Source: Basidiobolus meristosporus CBS 931.73 (lineage: Eukaryota > Fungi > Basidiobolomycota). Taken from it: 64,000 nt of DNA. The notes under the pieces were generated by a model. That model saw nothing but the letters and a program-made list of their open reading frames with translations, ran no database searches and was not told the DNA's origin. Positions 48,901-61,862 of the stretch are shown here, piece by piece. The DNA is taken from NCBI GenBank assembly GCA_002104905.1, contig MCFE01000247.1, positions 1 to 64,000 of the forward strand, in the 5' to 3' direction. The position numbers were made by a program, and so were the translations under genes. Position 1 is the first letter of the stretch. Every line of letters begins with the position of its first letter.

Positions 48901-49530
48901 AAAATTCCTATACTGATGACCAAGTTGTAAATGGTAATTTCAAGCTGAATGAGCCCTTTGAGATTATGGAGAAATATGAAAGAATTGGCAAGATATTACA
49001 GAATAGTTTTTTTTTATCCAAACTTTATATGGAATACCCAATGTAGTAGTGGGTAAGCAAATAAAGAGGGGTGAATCCACAGTGGAATAAGTGAATTGCG
49101 CAAGTGGAGGTAGAAAAGCAAATATCATTTGGTAAATTGGTTAGATAGCATTACTCACACCTAGCTGTAGGCTGCCATACTGCTGTAACAATGCCATCAG
49201 TGGCTTGTAAATGGCCATCTAAACACCGTCATGTTTTCTGTCATATATGGCAATTGGATGTACTAGCTGGTTAGATCCACTCAAATAGTTGTAAAGTGCA
49301 CTAAGACCATAACAATGCCATGCCATCCTTGGCAAAACAAGTGCAAACTCCATTGTATTTTTTCAACTGTATTTGGCTGTAAATTAGCAAAATGCTGTTT
49401 TGATCTTATCACCAGATTGTGTAGATAGTCATCAATTTCAAGCTGCTGGTATTATAGTGGTCTCTTGATGGGATCTTAACAGCTGATCTGGATTAGATCC
49501 ATCTGCAGGACCAAGATATTTTTCATAGGC
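45997..49530 (+). mobile_element. CCCTA-type copy H3 (internally deleted) with 3-bp TSD AAG, inserted in A2
   Basis: Termini tcctacaaaaaac / atttttcataggc; AAG at 45994-45996 and 49531-49533; ORF2 relics 46305-47208 (-), transposase relics 47431-48990 (+). Confidence 0.88.
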
Positions 49531-50744
49531 AAGGTCTATCTGGTGGTGGATCTTATGTCATCTAAATTTTGTCCTCAGTTAGCAACAGAGTATCCCACAA
49601 AACCCTTTCTGAGTCCTTATAGTGTATCTTAAGCAGATAGCAACAGTCTCTTTTAGGTATTTAAAAATCTGCTCAACTGCTGCAATGCATTCAGATCCAC
49701 AGTTCTGATTATGCTGGCTGACAACTCCTGCTGAATATGAGATGACTGGATGAGTTCTGAGCATGATAGATATCAGACTGCTGACCACAGTTTGATAAGA
49801 AAAGTTAGGGCTTTCAGATGACACCAAGCTTTCTGGATTTGGTTGAGTTTTGACAAAGTTTAGGTTTGTCTCCATTGATGTGGCTGATGGTTTAAAGTCC
49901 TCCATTTGGTACTTCCTTGTATATCTTGAACATACTTGGGTTGGCTTAGAGTGATATTCTGGATACTTCTGTCTATGGAGAACTTTATTACTAAGTAGTA
50001 ACTGAGTTCTCTCAGATTGGACATCTTGAACTCCTTAGATAGGCTGGATCAAGTCTCTTTTAAAGTTTCTAGGTTATTGGTGGCTGTAATAAGCTCATCC
50101 ACATATAGAGCCAATAGGCCTGCATTTGCCCTATCCAATTTATAGTATATGTAATAGTTAGCAATACTCTTTAGGAAACTCAAAGATTTTAAGTAAGTAT
50201 CTATCTTACAATTCCAGGCTCTTGTTGATTGTTTGAGTTGATGTAGAGATTTTTTAAGCCTGCCAACCCAAACAGGGGTTATCTTGATCAGCAAACTCAT
50301 TGGGCTGTTCTATATACATGTCCTCATTAAGTTCTGCAATCAAAAATGCAGCCTTTCTATCTATTTTATATATAAGAACTTATATTTGTCTGCAATAGCA
50401 AATATTGATTTGATGGAATTAGACTTTGCCACCCATGTAAAAGTCTCAGTATAGTCAAGTCCTTTTGTTTGAGAGTATACTTTGGTCACAAGTTATGCTT
50501 TGTGTCTTTCAACTATATCATCAGCCATTTATAATGTTGTCAAGACCAATTAACTTTTGGCTGAATGGTAACTTAACTAAGTCCCAAGTTTGATTTTCCA
50601 TCAGGGTCTGATACTCCTCAGTCATTGCAGATCTCCAAATCTTTGTCTGGGGGCTATTTAGGGCCACTTTTTCAGTCTGGGGGTCATCAATATGGACCAA
50701 ATAGGCATAGGCTAAGTTTATACCCTCATTGATATAGTCAATTG

Positions 50745-53700
50745 TGTTGTAAGAGTGTTGGAGATATTGGAAGTGATTGGGAGAACAAGTAGATTATGCG
50801 GTTTTCACTTATAATTTATTGAATGTAAAAGTAGTATTTATACTTTTACATTGTCTTGGCATAATGAACATGTACAATAGGTTAAGGAAGGTCCGAAGAA
50901 CATGTGTGCCAAGTTTGGGGCTGTTTGGACAACTTTGAGTATTTTCATATTCTGGGTGCCTGGTATTTTGGTGAAAATATTCCAAGTAAATCCCAACAAG
51001 GAATTTGGTCAGTATTCACTAGGATTTGAAGGTAATGATCCAATTGACTAAGTTAGGTGAGACTTAGGTGGAATTACAAACTTTTACAACACTACCACTC
51101 AGCTAAATGTTCATACTGACTAGTCCTTGTTTTGACCTAAGATATTCAAACTTCTCTCTAGCTAATGGTTTAGTAAATAAATCTGCAATCATTTCATCTG
51201 TAGGACAGTAGCCTAAGATAACTAAGTTATCATCTATAGCTTCACATATGAAATGATGTCTAATATCTATGTGCTTGGTTCTAGCATGAAAAGTTGGATT
51301 TTGACCTAATTGTTTATATCCCTGATTATCTTGAAATAAAGTAATAGGTGTTTTTTGACATAGACCAATATCTGTAAAAAGCTTTCTTAACCACATTGCT
51401 TCTTTTGTAGCTTCACAGGCTGCCATATACTCTGCCTCTGTGGTAGAAAGTGCTATGGTTGGTTGCTTTCTGGAATTCCATGAAATTGCTCCTTGACAGT
51501 AAAGAAAGCTGTATCCTGTGGTGGATCATCTGTCTTCTGAATTTCGTCCCCAATCAGCATCAGAGTATCCCACAAGATCCTGTTCTGAATCCTTATAAGT
51601 GTATCTTAAGCGGATTTCAGCAGTTCCTCATAGATATCTAAAGATCCACTTAACTGCTGCAATATGGTCAGATCCATAGTTCTGGTTATGCTGGCTGACA
51701 ACTCCCACAGAATATGAGATATCTGGACATGTTCCAAGCATGATATACATCAGACTGCCAACCATAGATTGATCAGGAAAGTCAGGGCTTTTAGATGGCA
51801 CCAAGCTCTCTTGATTTGGTTCAGTTTTGACCAAATGAAGGTTTGTATCCATTGGGGTAGCTGCTGGTTTACAGTCTTCCATTTTGTACTTCTTTAGTAT
51901 ATCTTGAATATACTTGGATTGGCTTAGGGTAATAGTCTGGGTACTTCTGTCTATAGAGAACTTAATCCCTAAGTAGTAACTGAGTTCTCCTAGATTGGAC
52001 ATCTTAAACTCCTTAGATAGCTTGGATTTAGTCTCTTCCAATGTTTATAGGTTATTAGTGGCTATAATAAGATCATCCGCATAAAGAGCTAATAGAGCTA
52101 GATTTGCTCTATCTGGCTTATAGTATATACTATAGTCAGCATTGCTCCTTTTGAAACTCAAAGATTCCAAATAGGAATCTATCTTGCAATTCCAGGCTCT
52201 GGGTGATTGTTTGAGACCATATAGTGACTTTTTAAGCTTGCAGACCAAATGGGGGTTATCTTGGTCAACAAACCCATCAGGCTGGCTCATATACATGGCC
52301 TCATCAAGTTCTCCATTCAAAAATGCAGTTTTTACATCCATTTGATGAATAAAGAACTTATATTTGGCTGCAATAGCTAATATTAATCTGATGGAATTAA
52401 ACTTGGCTACCGGTGCAAAGGTCTCAGTATAGTCAAGTCTTTTTGTTTGAGTGTATCCTTTGGCCACAAGTCTTGCTTTGTATCTTTCAATTGTACCATC
52501 AGCCTTGTATTTTGTCTTGAAGACCTATCTGCATCCAATTGATTTTTGGTTGATTGGTAATTTGGCTAAGTCCCAAGTTTGATTATCCATCAGGCCCTGA
52601 TATTCCTCAGTCATTGCAGATCTCCAAAACTTCATCTGAGGGCTATTTAGGGCATCTTTTAAAGTCTGGGGCTCATCAATATGGACTCAATAGGCATAGG
52701 CTAAGTTTGTACCCTCATTGATATAGTAATTTGGGCTATTTCTTGTCCAATTGGATCTCCAGGCATTTGATACTGGAATGATCACTTCTGAGATATTCCT
52801 GAGCACTGATTCTGGCTTAACCAAGGTTGTAGAGTGCTCTGGAGTGAAAAAATTTTCATTGCTTTGCTCTGATTCAATGCTGACAATTGGTGGACTTGAG
52901 ATCAGATTTTTGTCATCATCTGATGTCATTTTTTGTGAAAATTTAGAGTTTTCATCAGACAACACATCCCTAGACTTGATTAGCTACTTCTCTGCAGTAT
53001 TATGGAGTCTATATGCTTTCATCTCATTGCAGTAACCCAAAAATATGCATTTTACACTTTTTGGCTCAAATTTTGACTGATTTCTGGGCAGTTTCTTGGC
53101 ATATGCTGTACACCCAAATATTCTTAGATGTTCTGCACTTGATCTGTACCCATACCATGCTTCAAATGGAGTAGAATCACAATGTATTCTGTTATGACTC
53201 CGATATTTAAGGTATACTGCAGTGGCATCTGATTCTGCCCAAAAATCATAGGACAATTTTTGATCATGGACCATAGATCTTGCTATATCAATTATTAACC
53301 TGTTAGCACGTTCTGCTACTTCATTTTGCCTTAGGAAGTATGGTACAGTAGTCTCTTGCTTTATCCCATAATTTTGCAGAAGTGGATGAAGAGTTTTGAG
53401 GTATATTCTTCACCATTGTCAGAGCGCATTATCTTAAATTTTTTCATTAGTTTCTCTCTTGACCATGGCTTTAAATGCCCTGAGCTTAGACAGAGCTTCT
53501 TCCTTTCTCTCCATAAAGTAAACCCACATATATCTTGTATAATCATCAATCAAAGTGATCAAATACTTCATCCTGCCTAAGGATAAATTTTGCATAGATC
53601 CACACAGATCTGAGAGAATTAGATCTAATTTTTCATAGTTTTGACTAACCCAGAGCTCTTGAACAGTTGTCTGGCTTGTTTTCCATATATGCAGGCTTCA

Positions 53701-55426
53701 CAGTGCTCCAAATTAGCTGGGGGATCAATTTTTACTCCGGAAATTAGCTAATCTTTGATCATTTTGCGCAAATAATCAAAATTGATGTGCCCAAGTCTCC
53801 TGTGCCAAAGCATTGGTGTTTCTTCATTCAAGTTACTTACATTGGCTTCCAAATATGATGGAATATATGTTAACTTGTATAGATTCTGATCTCTGATACC
53901 CAAAGCAATATGGGCACCATTTTGATCAGTGATCTTATATCCAGAATTGTCAAAGCTGAAATTGAGTCCTTCTGCTGTGGCCTTGCTTACATGTAGTAGG
54001 TTCTTGGCTATTTCTGGTTCATAGAGTGCTTCTTTAAAGGTCAGTGTATGGCTTCCTTCACTGCTTCTTAGGTTTACTTGGATAGTTCCTTCTCCCACTG
54101 CATCCAGTGTTCTATCATCACCCATGAAAACCTTCTTAATTGAAATTTCTTGATATTGGGTAAAAAGTTCTTTTTGGTGTGTAAAGTGCTGAGATGCTCC
54201 AGAGTCAGTATACGACATCTGAGAATCCTTGTCTGTGGTTATACTTAGTGCAGATATGAATAGTCTATCTTCAGTTGTTGCAGCATTTCCATATTCAGGC
54301 TTTTTCTGCTGACAATCTTTCTTTCTGAAGCATCAGTTGGATGTGTGTCCTTTCTTTTTGCAGTAGTTACAAAACAGATTGTTGTTGCCATTGTAGGGTT
54401 ATGGGTACCTCATTTGTTAGTTATCATTGCTTATTAGAGCATTTTCTTCCTCCTTCTTATTGGCACTTGATTTTCTTAATTCTTCATCCAGGAGCCTTCC
54501 ATATACTTAATTTCAGGTCAAATCTTCAGTACTGGACTCTAGGGCTGATACAAGGCCCTGAAACTTGCCTGTCTGGCTATTCAGGATGGTAAATCTCACA
54601 TCCTCATCAGTGGTTGGTATGCCCACAGATTCCATGTCATCTACCAGCAGGGTAATTTTGTTAAGAAGATTTTTCATTTCTTCTCCTGGCAACATCTTTG
54701 TAGTAAAGAATTTTTGTCTCAGATACATTCTCTTAGCAGCTGAACATGACTGGTAGGTGTTTTATAATGTCTTACAGGTATTCTTTGCCATTTTTGCTCT
54801 TGATCATTGAATTAGCAATTTGTCCTTATCATTAAGGCAAATGCAGTTAAAGGCACTTTGTTCTTTCTTCTGTTACTTTAAGGCTTCCTCTCCCACATTT
54901 TTAGGAGGACATTCTTCTCCCATGACAATATCCCAAAGGCCTCTTTCTTGTAGCAGCATCTTTGTCTTCACCTTCCACACTTGGTAGTTAGATCCATCCA
55001 ACTTTTCAGCAGAGGGAAAAATTCCAGTAATAGCAGTAGTAGACATTGCAGAGAGTGACAGCTTGGGGCTCATAACCTGTTGTCAGAGTCTTTGGAGATA
55101 TTGGAAGTGATTGGGAGAACAAGTAGATTATGTGGTTTTTACCTAATGATATGATGAATGTAAAAGTGGTATTTATACTTTTACATGGTCTTGGCATAAC
55201 AAACATGTAGAACAGGTTAAGGAAGATCCCAAGAATATGTGTGCAAAGTTTGGGGCTGTTTGGACAACTTTGAGAATTTTCATGTTTGGGTACCTGTTAT
55301 TTTGGTGAAAGTATTTCAAGTAAATCCTGACAAGGAACTTGGTCAGTATTCACTAGGATTTGAAGGTAATGATCTAAGTGACTAATTTAGGTGAATACTT
55401 AGGTGGAATTATGAATTTTCTCCACA
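50745..55426 (-). mobile_element. Copia family A element A3, full length but disabled (LTRs 50745-51091 and 55078-55426), nested in A2
   Basis: All pol domains present as fragments; reverse-complement PBS ends at 55077; TSD AATTG/ATTTG (one mismatch) at 50740-50744 and 55427-55431. Confidence 0.93.
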
Positions 55427-57213
55427 ATTTGGGCTATTTCTGGTCCTTTTGGATCTCCAGGTTTGTGCTACTGGAACAATCACTTCTGGGATATTCCTGA
55501 GCACTGGTTCAGGCTGAACCACAGCTGTAGAGTCCTCTGGAATGAAATAATTTTCATTGTTTTGCTCTGATTCAATCCTGACAATGGGTGGACTTGAGAT
55601 CAAATTTTTGTCATCATCTGATGTCATTTTTTGTGAAAATTTTGAATTTCATCAAACAACACATCCCTGGACTTGATCAGGCTCTTTGCTTTGGCATTGT
55701 AGGGTATGTATGCCTTACTATCATTGCAGTAGCCCAAAATATGCATTTGGTACTTTCTAGCTCAAATTTTGACTTATTTCCCGGCAGTTTCTTGGCATAT
55801 GCTGCGCACCCATATATTGTTAGATGTTCTGCACTAGATCTGTATCCACACCATGCTTCAAATGGAGTAGAATCACAAAGTATGCTGTTATAACTCCTAT
55901 TTCTAAGGTACACAGCTGTGGCAACTGAATCTGCCCAAAAATCATTGGATACTTTTTGATGATGGAGCATATTTCTTGCCATATCAGTTATTGATCTCTG
56001 TGAACATTCTGCTACTCCATTTTTCTGTGGGGAGTATGGTAAAGTGGTCACTTGCTTTATCCCATGCATTTTGCTCCCTGGGCCTAGACAGAGCTTTTTT
56101 TGTCTTTCCATAAAGTAGACCCCCATGTATCTTTTATAATCATCAACAAAAGTGATTAAATACTTCATCCCACCTAAGGATAAATTTTGCATAGGTTTGC
56201 ACAGATCTGGGTGAGTTAGATTCAGTTTTTTCTTGATTTGATCAGCCCAGAGCTCTTGAACAGTTGTCTGCCTAGTTTCCCATATATGCAGGGCTCACAG
56301 TGCTCCAAATCAGCTGGGGGATCAATGATTACTCTGGAAACTTGCTGATCTCTTATCATTTGCACAAATAATCAAAGTTAAAAGTTGGATCTTCAGTTCT
56401 AGACTCTAGGGCTTATACAAGGCCCTGAGACTCATCTGTCAGGCCACTCAGGATAGTTACTAACAAATCCTCATCAGTCACTGGTATACTCACAGATTCC
56501 ATCTCATCTACCAGCAGGGTAATTCTGTTAAGTAGATTTATCTTTCTTCTCCTGGCAGCATCTTGGCAGTAAAGAGTTTTTGTCTAAACTACATTCTCTT
56601 GGCTGCTGAACATGATGGATAAGTGCCTTCTAATGCCTTCCAAGCATTTTTTGCTGTTTTTGCTCTTGGGCACTGAATTAGCAATTTGTCTTTAACATTA
56701 GGGCAAGTGCAGTTGAAGGCACTTTGCTCTTTCTTCTAGTACTTTAAGGCTTCCTCTTCAATGCTTTTAGGAGGACATTCTTGTTCCATGTCAGTATCTC
56801 AAATGCCTCTTTGTTGTAGCAGCATCTTCATCTTCACCTTCCACACTTGGTTGTTAGATCCATCCAACTTATTGGCAGAGGGAAAAATTCCAGTAATAGT
56901 GGTGGTAGCCATTGCAGAGAGTGACAGCTTGGGGCACAAAGCCCATTGTAAGTGTCCTTGGAGATATTGGAAGTGATGGGGAGAACAAGCTGATAATGTG
57001 GTTTTCACTTAATGATATATTGAATGTAAAAGTAGTATTTATACTTTTACATGATCTTGGTGTAGCAAGTGTGTAGAATGAGCTTAGGAAGGTCCCAAGA
57101 GCATGTGTGCAAAGTTTGGGGCTGTTTGGACAACCTTGAGAACTTTTGTGTTCTGGGTACCTGATATTTTGGTGAAAGTATTCCAAGTCAATCCCAACAA
57201 GAAATTTGGTCAG

Positions 57214-58467
57214 GCCAGAATGCCAATGACAGAATAAGATCTATGTGACTAAATTAACATGAATAATCAGGTGGGACTACATAACATGGAGGACATTGGA
57301 CCCTGATACACCTTTTGGGAGTCTCCACAGAGCAGATCTGTGGAGAGATAAAAAGAGTGGTCAAGTTGCAAGTACTACCATATTACAATCTCATTAAGAA
57401 TATTGCCTTTAGGTCCATCCTGGATATGATGAGTTGGCATATGGAAGACAGCCTAGAAGTGTTCAAAGATATGCAGCACAGATCTGTCCATGGAGACACC
57501 TATACCTTTGGCATTAAGAAGCTAAGCAGCCCCAATGTGTGGGTACTGAGTTAGGTAATGCAAGGTTGGGTTGAGCACAGCAAGCAACAAATCTTTAATA
57601 GGTCAACTGTACCAAAGTACACTAGACATCTCCTGGGCACAAGCCAATTTTACACCTTTCAAAACAGAATCTCCACAAATAAGTGCCAGAGCACACCTAC
57701 AAGGTGGACTAGAATCCAGCAGGGAGAAGGACTACACTGGCCAAGTACCAAGAACTATTTTGTAGATATTCAAGTGGTATACATGGCAAAAGTGGTTGCA
57801 ACTAAGCATATGTTTGAAAGATATATACAAGGTATATGGCACCTTTGAAAGTATCACACTGAAATGCCTTGAGTTCAGGTGATAGAAGTGTGTCAATTGT
57901 GGCAGGTATGAACATATACAAAGGTTAGTAAACAGGAGGCCATAGTTTTGGTTGATTTAAACTATATGGGGAATACCCACGGTAGTAGTGTGTAAGCAAA
58001 TTTAATGGTGTGACTCTACAGTGGAATGTATGAATTGTGTAAGGGGAGGTAGAAAATGGAATATCATTTGGTAAGCTGGCTTGGTAGAATTATACAGGAC
58101 TAGCTGTAGGTCACTGTACTGCTGTGAAAATGCCAACTGAGGTCTGTATTAAGGCTGTCAAAGCATCATCATGTTTCTGCCATATAAGGCAATTGCGTAT
58201 ATTGGCCAGTAAGGTCTGCTCAGATAAGTGTAGGCCACATTTATACCATCTGGATGCCATGCAAGTCCCACTAAAAGACAGTTAAAACACCATCAAGTTT
58301 ACTACTTAACTTGGCAGTAAAAACTGCAAAACACTGTCACAATCCCACCATTAGATTGTGGAGAAGGTCAAGAATTCCAAGCTGCTGGCATTATAACAGC
58401 CTCATTGTGGGATTCAGATGGCTTATCTGGATCAGATCCACCTGTGGGACTGAATTAGTATTCATAG
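57214..58467 (+). mobile_element. CCCTA-type copy H4, 3' region and right terminus
   Basis: GVSTEQICGEIKRVVKLQVLPYYNLIKNI matches the transposase C-terminal region at 24450-24689; ends ttagtattcataga. Confidence 0.75.
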
Positions 58468-59941
58468 AAGGATAGGTTGATGGGAGCCCCAGAAAGTGTT
58501 TCCCTATGTCTGGTTGGGGGCAACATCTCAACAACATGAAAAGAGAATAGTGCTTTCATGAAATCCATGATCCCAATGTAGGTACCAGATGAGGTTCCTC
58601 AATGGATTCCAAGATATCAGCCTGAGTGAAGCATGTAAACCTTATGTACAATTGATTGGGCAAAACTGACCTTGAGTTTGCCCTGAGTGAATCAGGTCTT
58701 ACCACCTGTTCAGGCTTAGCAAACCTGCCAACAGCTAGATTCTCAGGTCTCACTGCCACCGCAAATTAGCACCAGTGGGCCCTTCACATGCTAATTCATT
58801 GAGTCAGTTTTGGCCATTCACTCCCGAAACGGAACTGTTTACACCTGGGGAGTGGAGGCGATTGAAGGAGAGCCACCCAAAAGTGGTGATATGGTGCGTT
58901 GGAGGGTTTGAGATGAGGTCAAACCCATTCTTTCCTGAATTGAACGGCACCTAACAACCCCGGAAGCCGCCATGAAACCACAAGCGCAGTCCCCGAGTGG
59001 TGTATCCTGAGGACATTCTAAGGAGGCGGGAGATAGGAGTCAGACTGAAACAATCCATGGTGATTGCATCTGCCGGCTGGCATGCCCCTCTGGAGTCACC
59101 ACTAGGACGTTCAGGAGTCGCTGGTATTCAGTTCTCCATTAGACCAAGGATGCAGAATGATTGAGACACCTGAATCAACCAGCTAGGGGGATCCGGAGGA
59201 TCACCAGTCGGGACCTGAAGGTACTGCCAAGGCCGGACGCTCCCTAATTGATGACCCGAAACCGGGCCGGGCGTTTCGACCTCAGGGACATTCACTGGGC
59301 ATCAAGCCTCCGACCCAGGAACCGAGCCAGGCATGAAACAAGGTGGGCTGAGATTTGGAACCTTGCAGGCGGGAAACTGAGGAATCAGGTGAGGAGCAAC
59401 TGAACCCATTCGTTGCCTCCTCAGATCCAGTAACTATGAACCCCACCCTAGGTTGGTAGGCAGGCCAATTCCGGGAGAATCATGGTTGGTGCGCGGTGGA
59501 ACCTATAGAACCCTGGGCATAGAAGAATACGTAATCAGGTTCCCGAAGAAGATGGGGGTGTATGTACAACCGTCCAGAGGATATCCTCGGGTGACCAGCC
59601 TCCTCCCATATAGTCAAAACTCGGATGACTTTGGCTGTTTATTTACTGGTGGGAAACAAAACGACCTTGCCGACTCATTCATTAAAGTGGGGGGGGTGTC
59701 CCACTGGCAGGAAAGGCGCCAACCGCAATGGAACGATGCCACGGTGACGATGATAGGGATAGCTTGGGATGAAAATCAGAGGGAAAGGTCTGTGAGGGGG
59801 GGGGGGGTTGGGGAGTTTTTTACTTCACCATCTCGGTTCTACTGCGTAAAAAAGGGGGAGGTAGCTAGATGGCTGGATATGAAAAGGAGAGGCTGGCGGG
59901 GATGGCGGTAGAAACGTGCGTTTTTGACGAGCCCTCCGGGA

Positions 59942-61445
59942 TTAACTTAGAGACTTGAGATTGAGCGGATACTCTGCGACGTACAAGGTCGGCATTAAAC
60001 GATTTGCGATGGGGTACGTGAATGCTGGTGGGGACTTACTTGTGCCTGATCCTCCGCTAGGATACACTTTCCGTCCGGAACTGCTGAACGGCTTGGGGTC
60101 CGGGAACTCGGTATGAGAGTGGAAGGTCCAGCGTCCTTCGGAGGTAGGAGGGTGCTTCTTGACTACAAAGGGTGTAAACAAAGGATTAAACGATCGAACT
60201 TGCGCGGCGATTCCATAGTGAGTTACCTTGGTGGGTAGGTTGGGAGGGTGCCTTTGCAATTCCGATGGCAGGTAACGTGTTCACTGGCGAAGGTGCCTTA
60301 GTAACAGGTGGTGGTGGTGGGGGCCCAAGTGCTTTGGGTGCAGCTGATGGAGGTGGTGGTGGGGGCGGTAGTGTCGTGGGTGATACGTGAGCCTTGGGTG
60401 CAGTATGTGTAAGTTGAGAAGGACCTCTAGATACAGGAGGTGGTGGTGGTGGGGGTGAGACCGGAGTGCTACGCAATGGATTTGGTGCTCTGTTTGGGGG
60501 AGGGGGTGGAGGAGCAGTACTACGGCTAGGTGGTGGCGGTGGTGGACCTGGTCGACGAGCAGGTGGTGGTGGTGGCTTTCTTCCCCCAGGAGGGGGTGGT
60601 ACACTTCTACGTGATGGTGGTGGTGGAGCAGGGCCTCTGGCCGGAGGGGGTGGTGCCGGGCCTCTTCTAGGAGGAGGTGGAGCAGCACCTCTTGGCGGTG
60701 GAGGTGGGGCAGCATTTCTCGGGGGTGGTGGTGGAATGGCACTTCTCTGAGGAGGTGGAGCAACCGATCTGTTGGGTGGTGGGGAAGCTACGTTTCTTTG
60801 AGGCAGTGGCGGATTAAATGTACTAGTTTTGTTAACAGGTGGTGGAGGTGGGGGAATATTATTCACAGGCTTGCTTGGGAGACTCGAGCCGTTAAAGCGG
60901 CCAGCGGGCGGTGGGGGTAAAGCTGAAACAGCGGGTTTTGGAGCTGAAAAGCCATTCCCTTTATAGACATGGGGTGAGTACGGCATGGCCTAAAACCAAC
61001 TGTAGGTGAATGGCTATGAAATAAAGCACATTACCTTCATCTTTACCCGTATCTATTCCTCCGCGAGATTTAAGTTTAGGCATCCCACCGGCAAATAATC
61101 CGCCTAGCCCAGGTGGACCGCCCATCCCAGTCGGGGCACTACTCCCGCCAGCACTTGCCGATCCACCACTGAAACCGGTAGATGCACTTGGGCCAGACGT
61201 TTTTCCTGTTTTGCGTAGCGAGAAGCAGTGAGTATTTTCCGGTCGAGGCGTTTGAAGGCCAGATGAAGATGGAGTTGTATGTGCAACCAGGTACCTGAAA
61301 GTTGTGGACCGGATCTGTCGTTGGTAACCGTTTTCTTCAGTCTAGTGCCAGTTTGGATTTGGCTTAGCAAGGCGGAACGATTAGGTGCCGCTGGCGGGGG
61401 ACCCCCTGAGGCAGGCGGTGGGGGTGGTGGTGGGGGGCCAGGCAT
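59942..61445 (-). CDS. VRP1: Verprolin / WASP-interacting protein (WIP) homolog, about 397 aa; exons 61445-61295, 61205-61035, 60943-60227, 60162-60040, 59973-59942
   Basis: N-terminal polyproline, WH2 motif RSALLSQIQTGTRLKKTVTNDRS, GLGGLFAGGMPKLKSRG, long proline-rich core, C-terminal GRWTFHSHTEFPDPKPF-x-KVYPSG. Four GT-AG introns give an in-frame 1194 nt CDS. Confidence 0.92.
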
Positions 61446-61862
61446 CTTGTTTGAAAAGAAGAAACTACTGTATAAAGGAGAATTTACTGTAGAAGAGAAT
61501 AAGCTACTTTGTGGAAACTGGAAGTTAAAGTTGGTCAAATGACACCCAAACCCGAACTCGTATTTCCGATTCGCAAAACATCGGGAAAGTCAAATAACCA
61601 CCGGCAGAAATCATGGAAATCCGGGGAGTCAAACATCGATCATTGATGACGAGTATGGTGGAGCTTAGACAAGATTGATTGGCCAGTTGGTAAAGCTCTG
61701 ACCGCGCATATCCCAAGATTTCAAAACGCCATAGTTTGGAAACGCGAGAAGGACGACCCTCATTTATTTTTGGTTCGGTGATCACAAAATACAAAATACT
61801 CCCTGGATCGATAATTATAACTACATTCTCTATGCTATGTAAGGTGCGGGGCAGGCTGGGAA

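Larger units (their letters stand above)
41831..57213 (-). mobile_element. Old copia family A element A2 (3' LTR 41831-42177, truncated 5' LTR 56944-57213) hosting three nested insertions
   Basis: Pol fragments are colinear across 42180-42350, 45750-45996, 49531-50744 and 55427-56943; reverse-complement PPT ctcccact follows the 3' LTR; the protease region is deleted near 56390. Confidence 0.88.

Noticed and set aside
1-58467. The many 60-100 aa ORFs antisense to or out of frame with TE genes
   Set aside because: Explained as fragments or shadows of decayed gag-pol, transposase and ORF2 sequences.
59453-59911. 152-aa plus-strand ORF convergent with verprolin
   Set aside because: GTG start, no recognisable motif, includes a poly-G run; no support as a gene.
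60281-61542. His-rich (60281-60763), Gly-rich (60466-60750) and 61279-61542 ORFs
   Set aside because: Alternative-frame or antisense shadows of the polyproline codons of verprolin.
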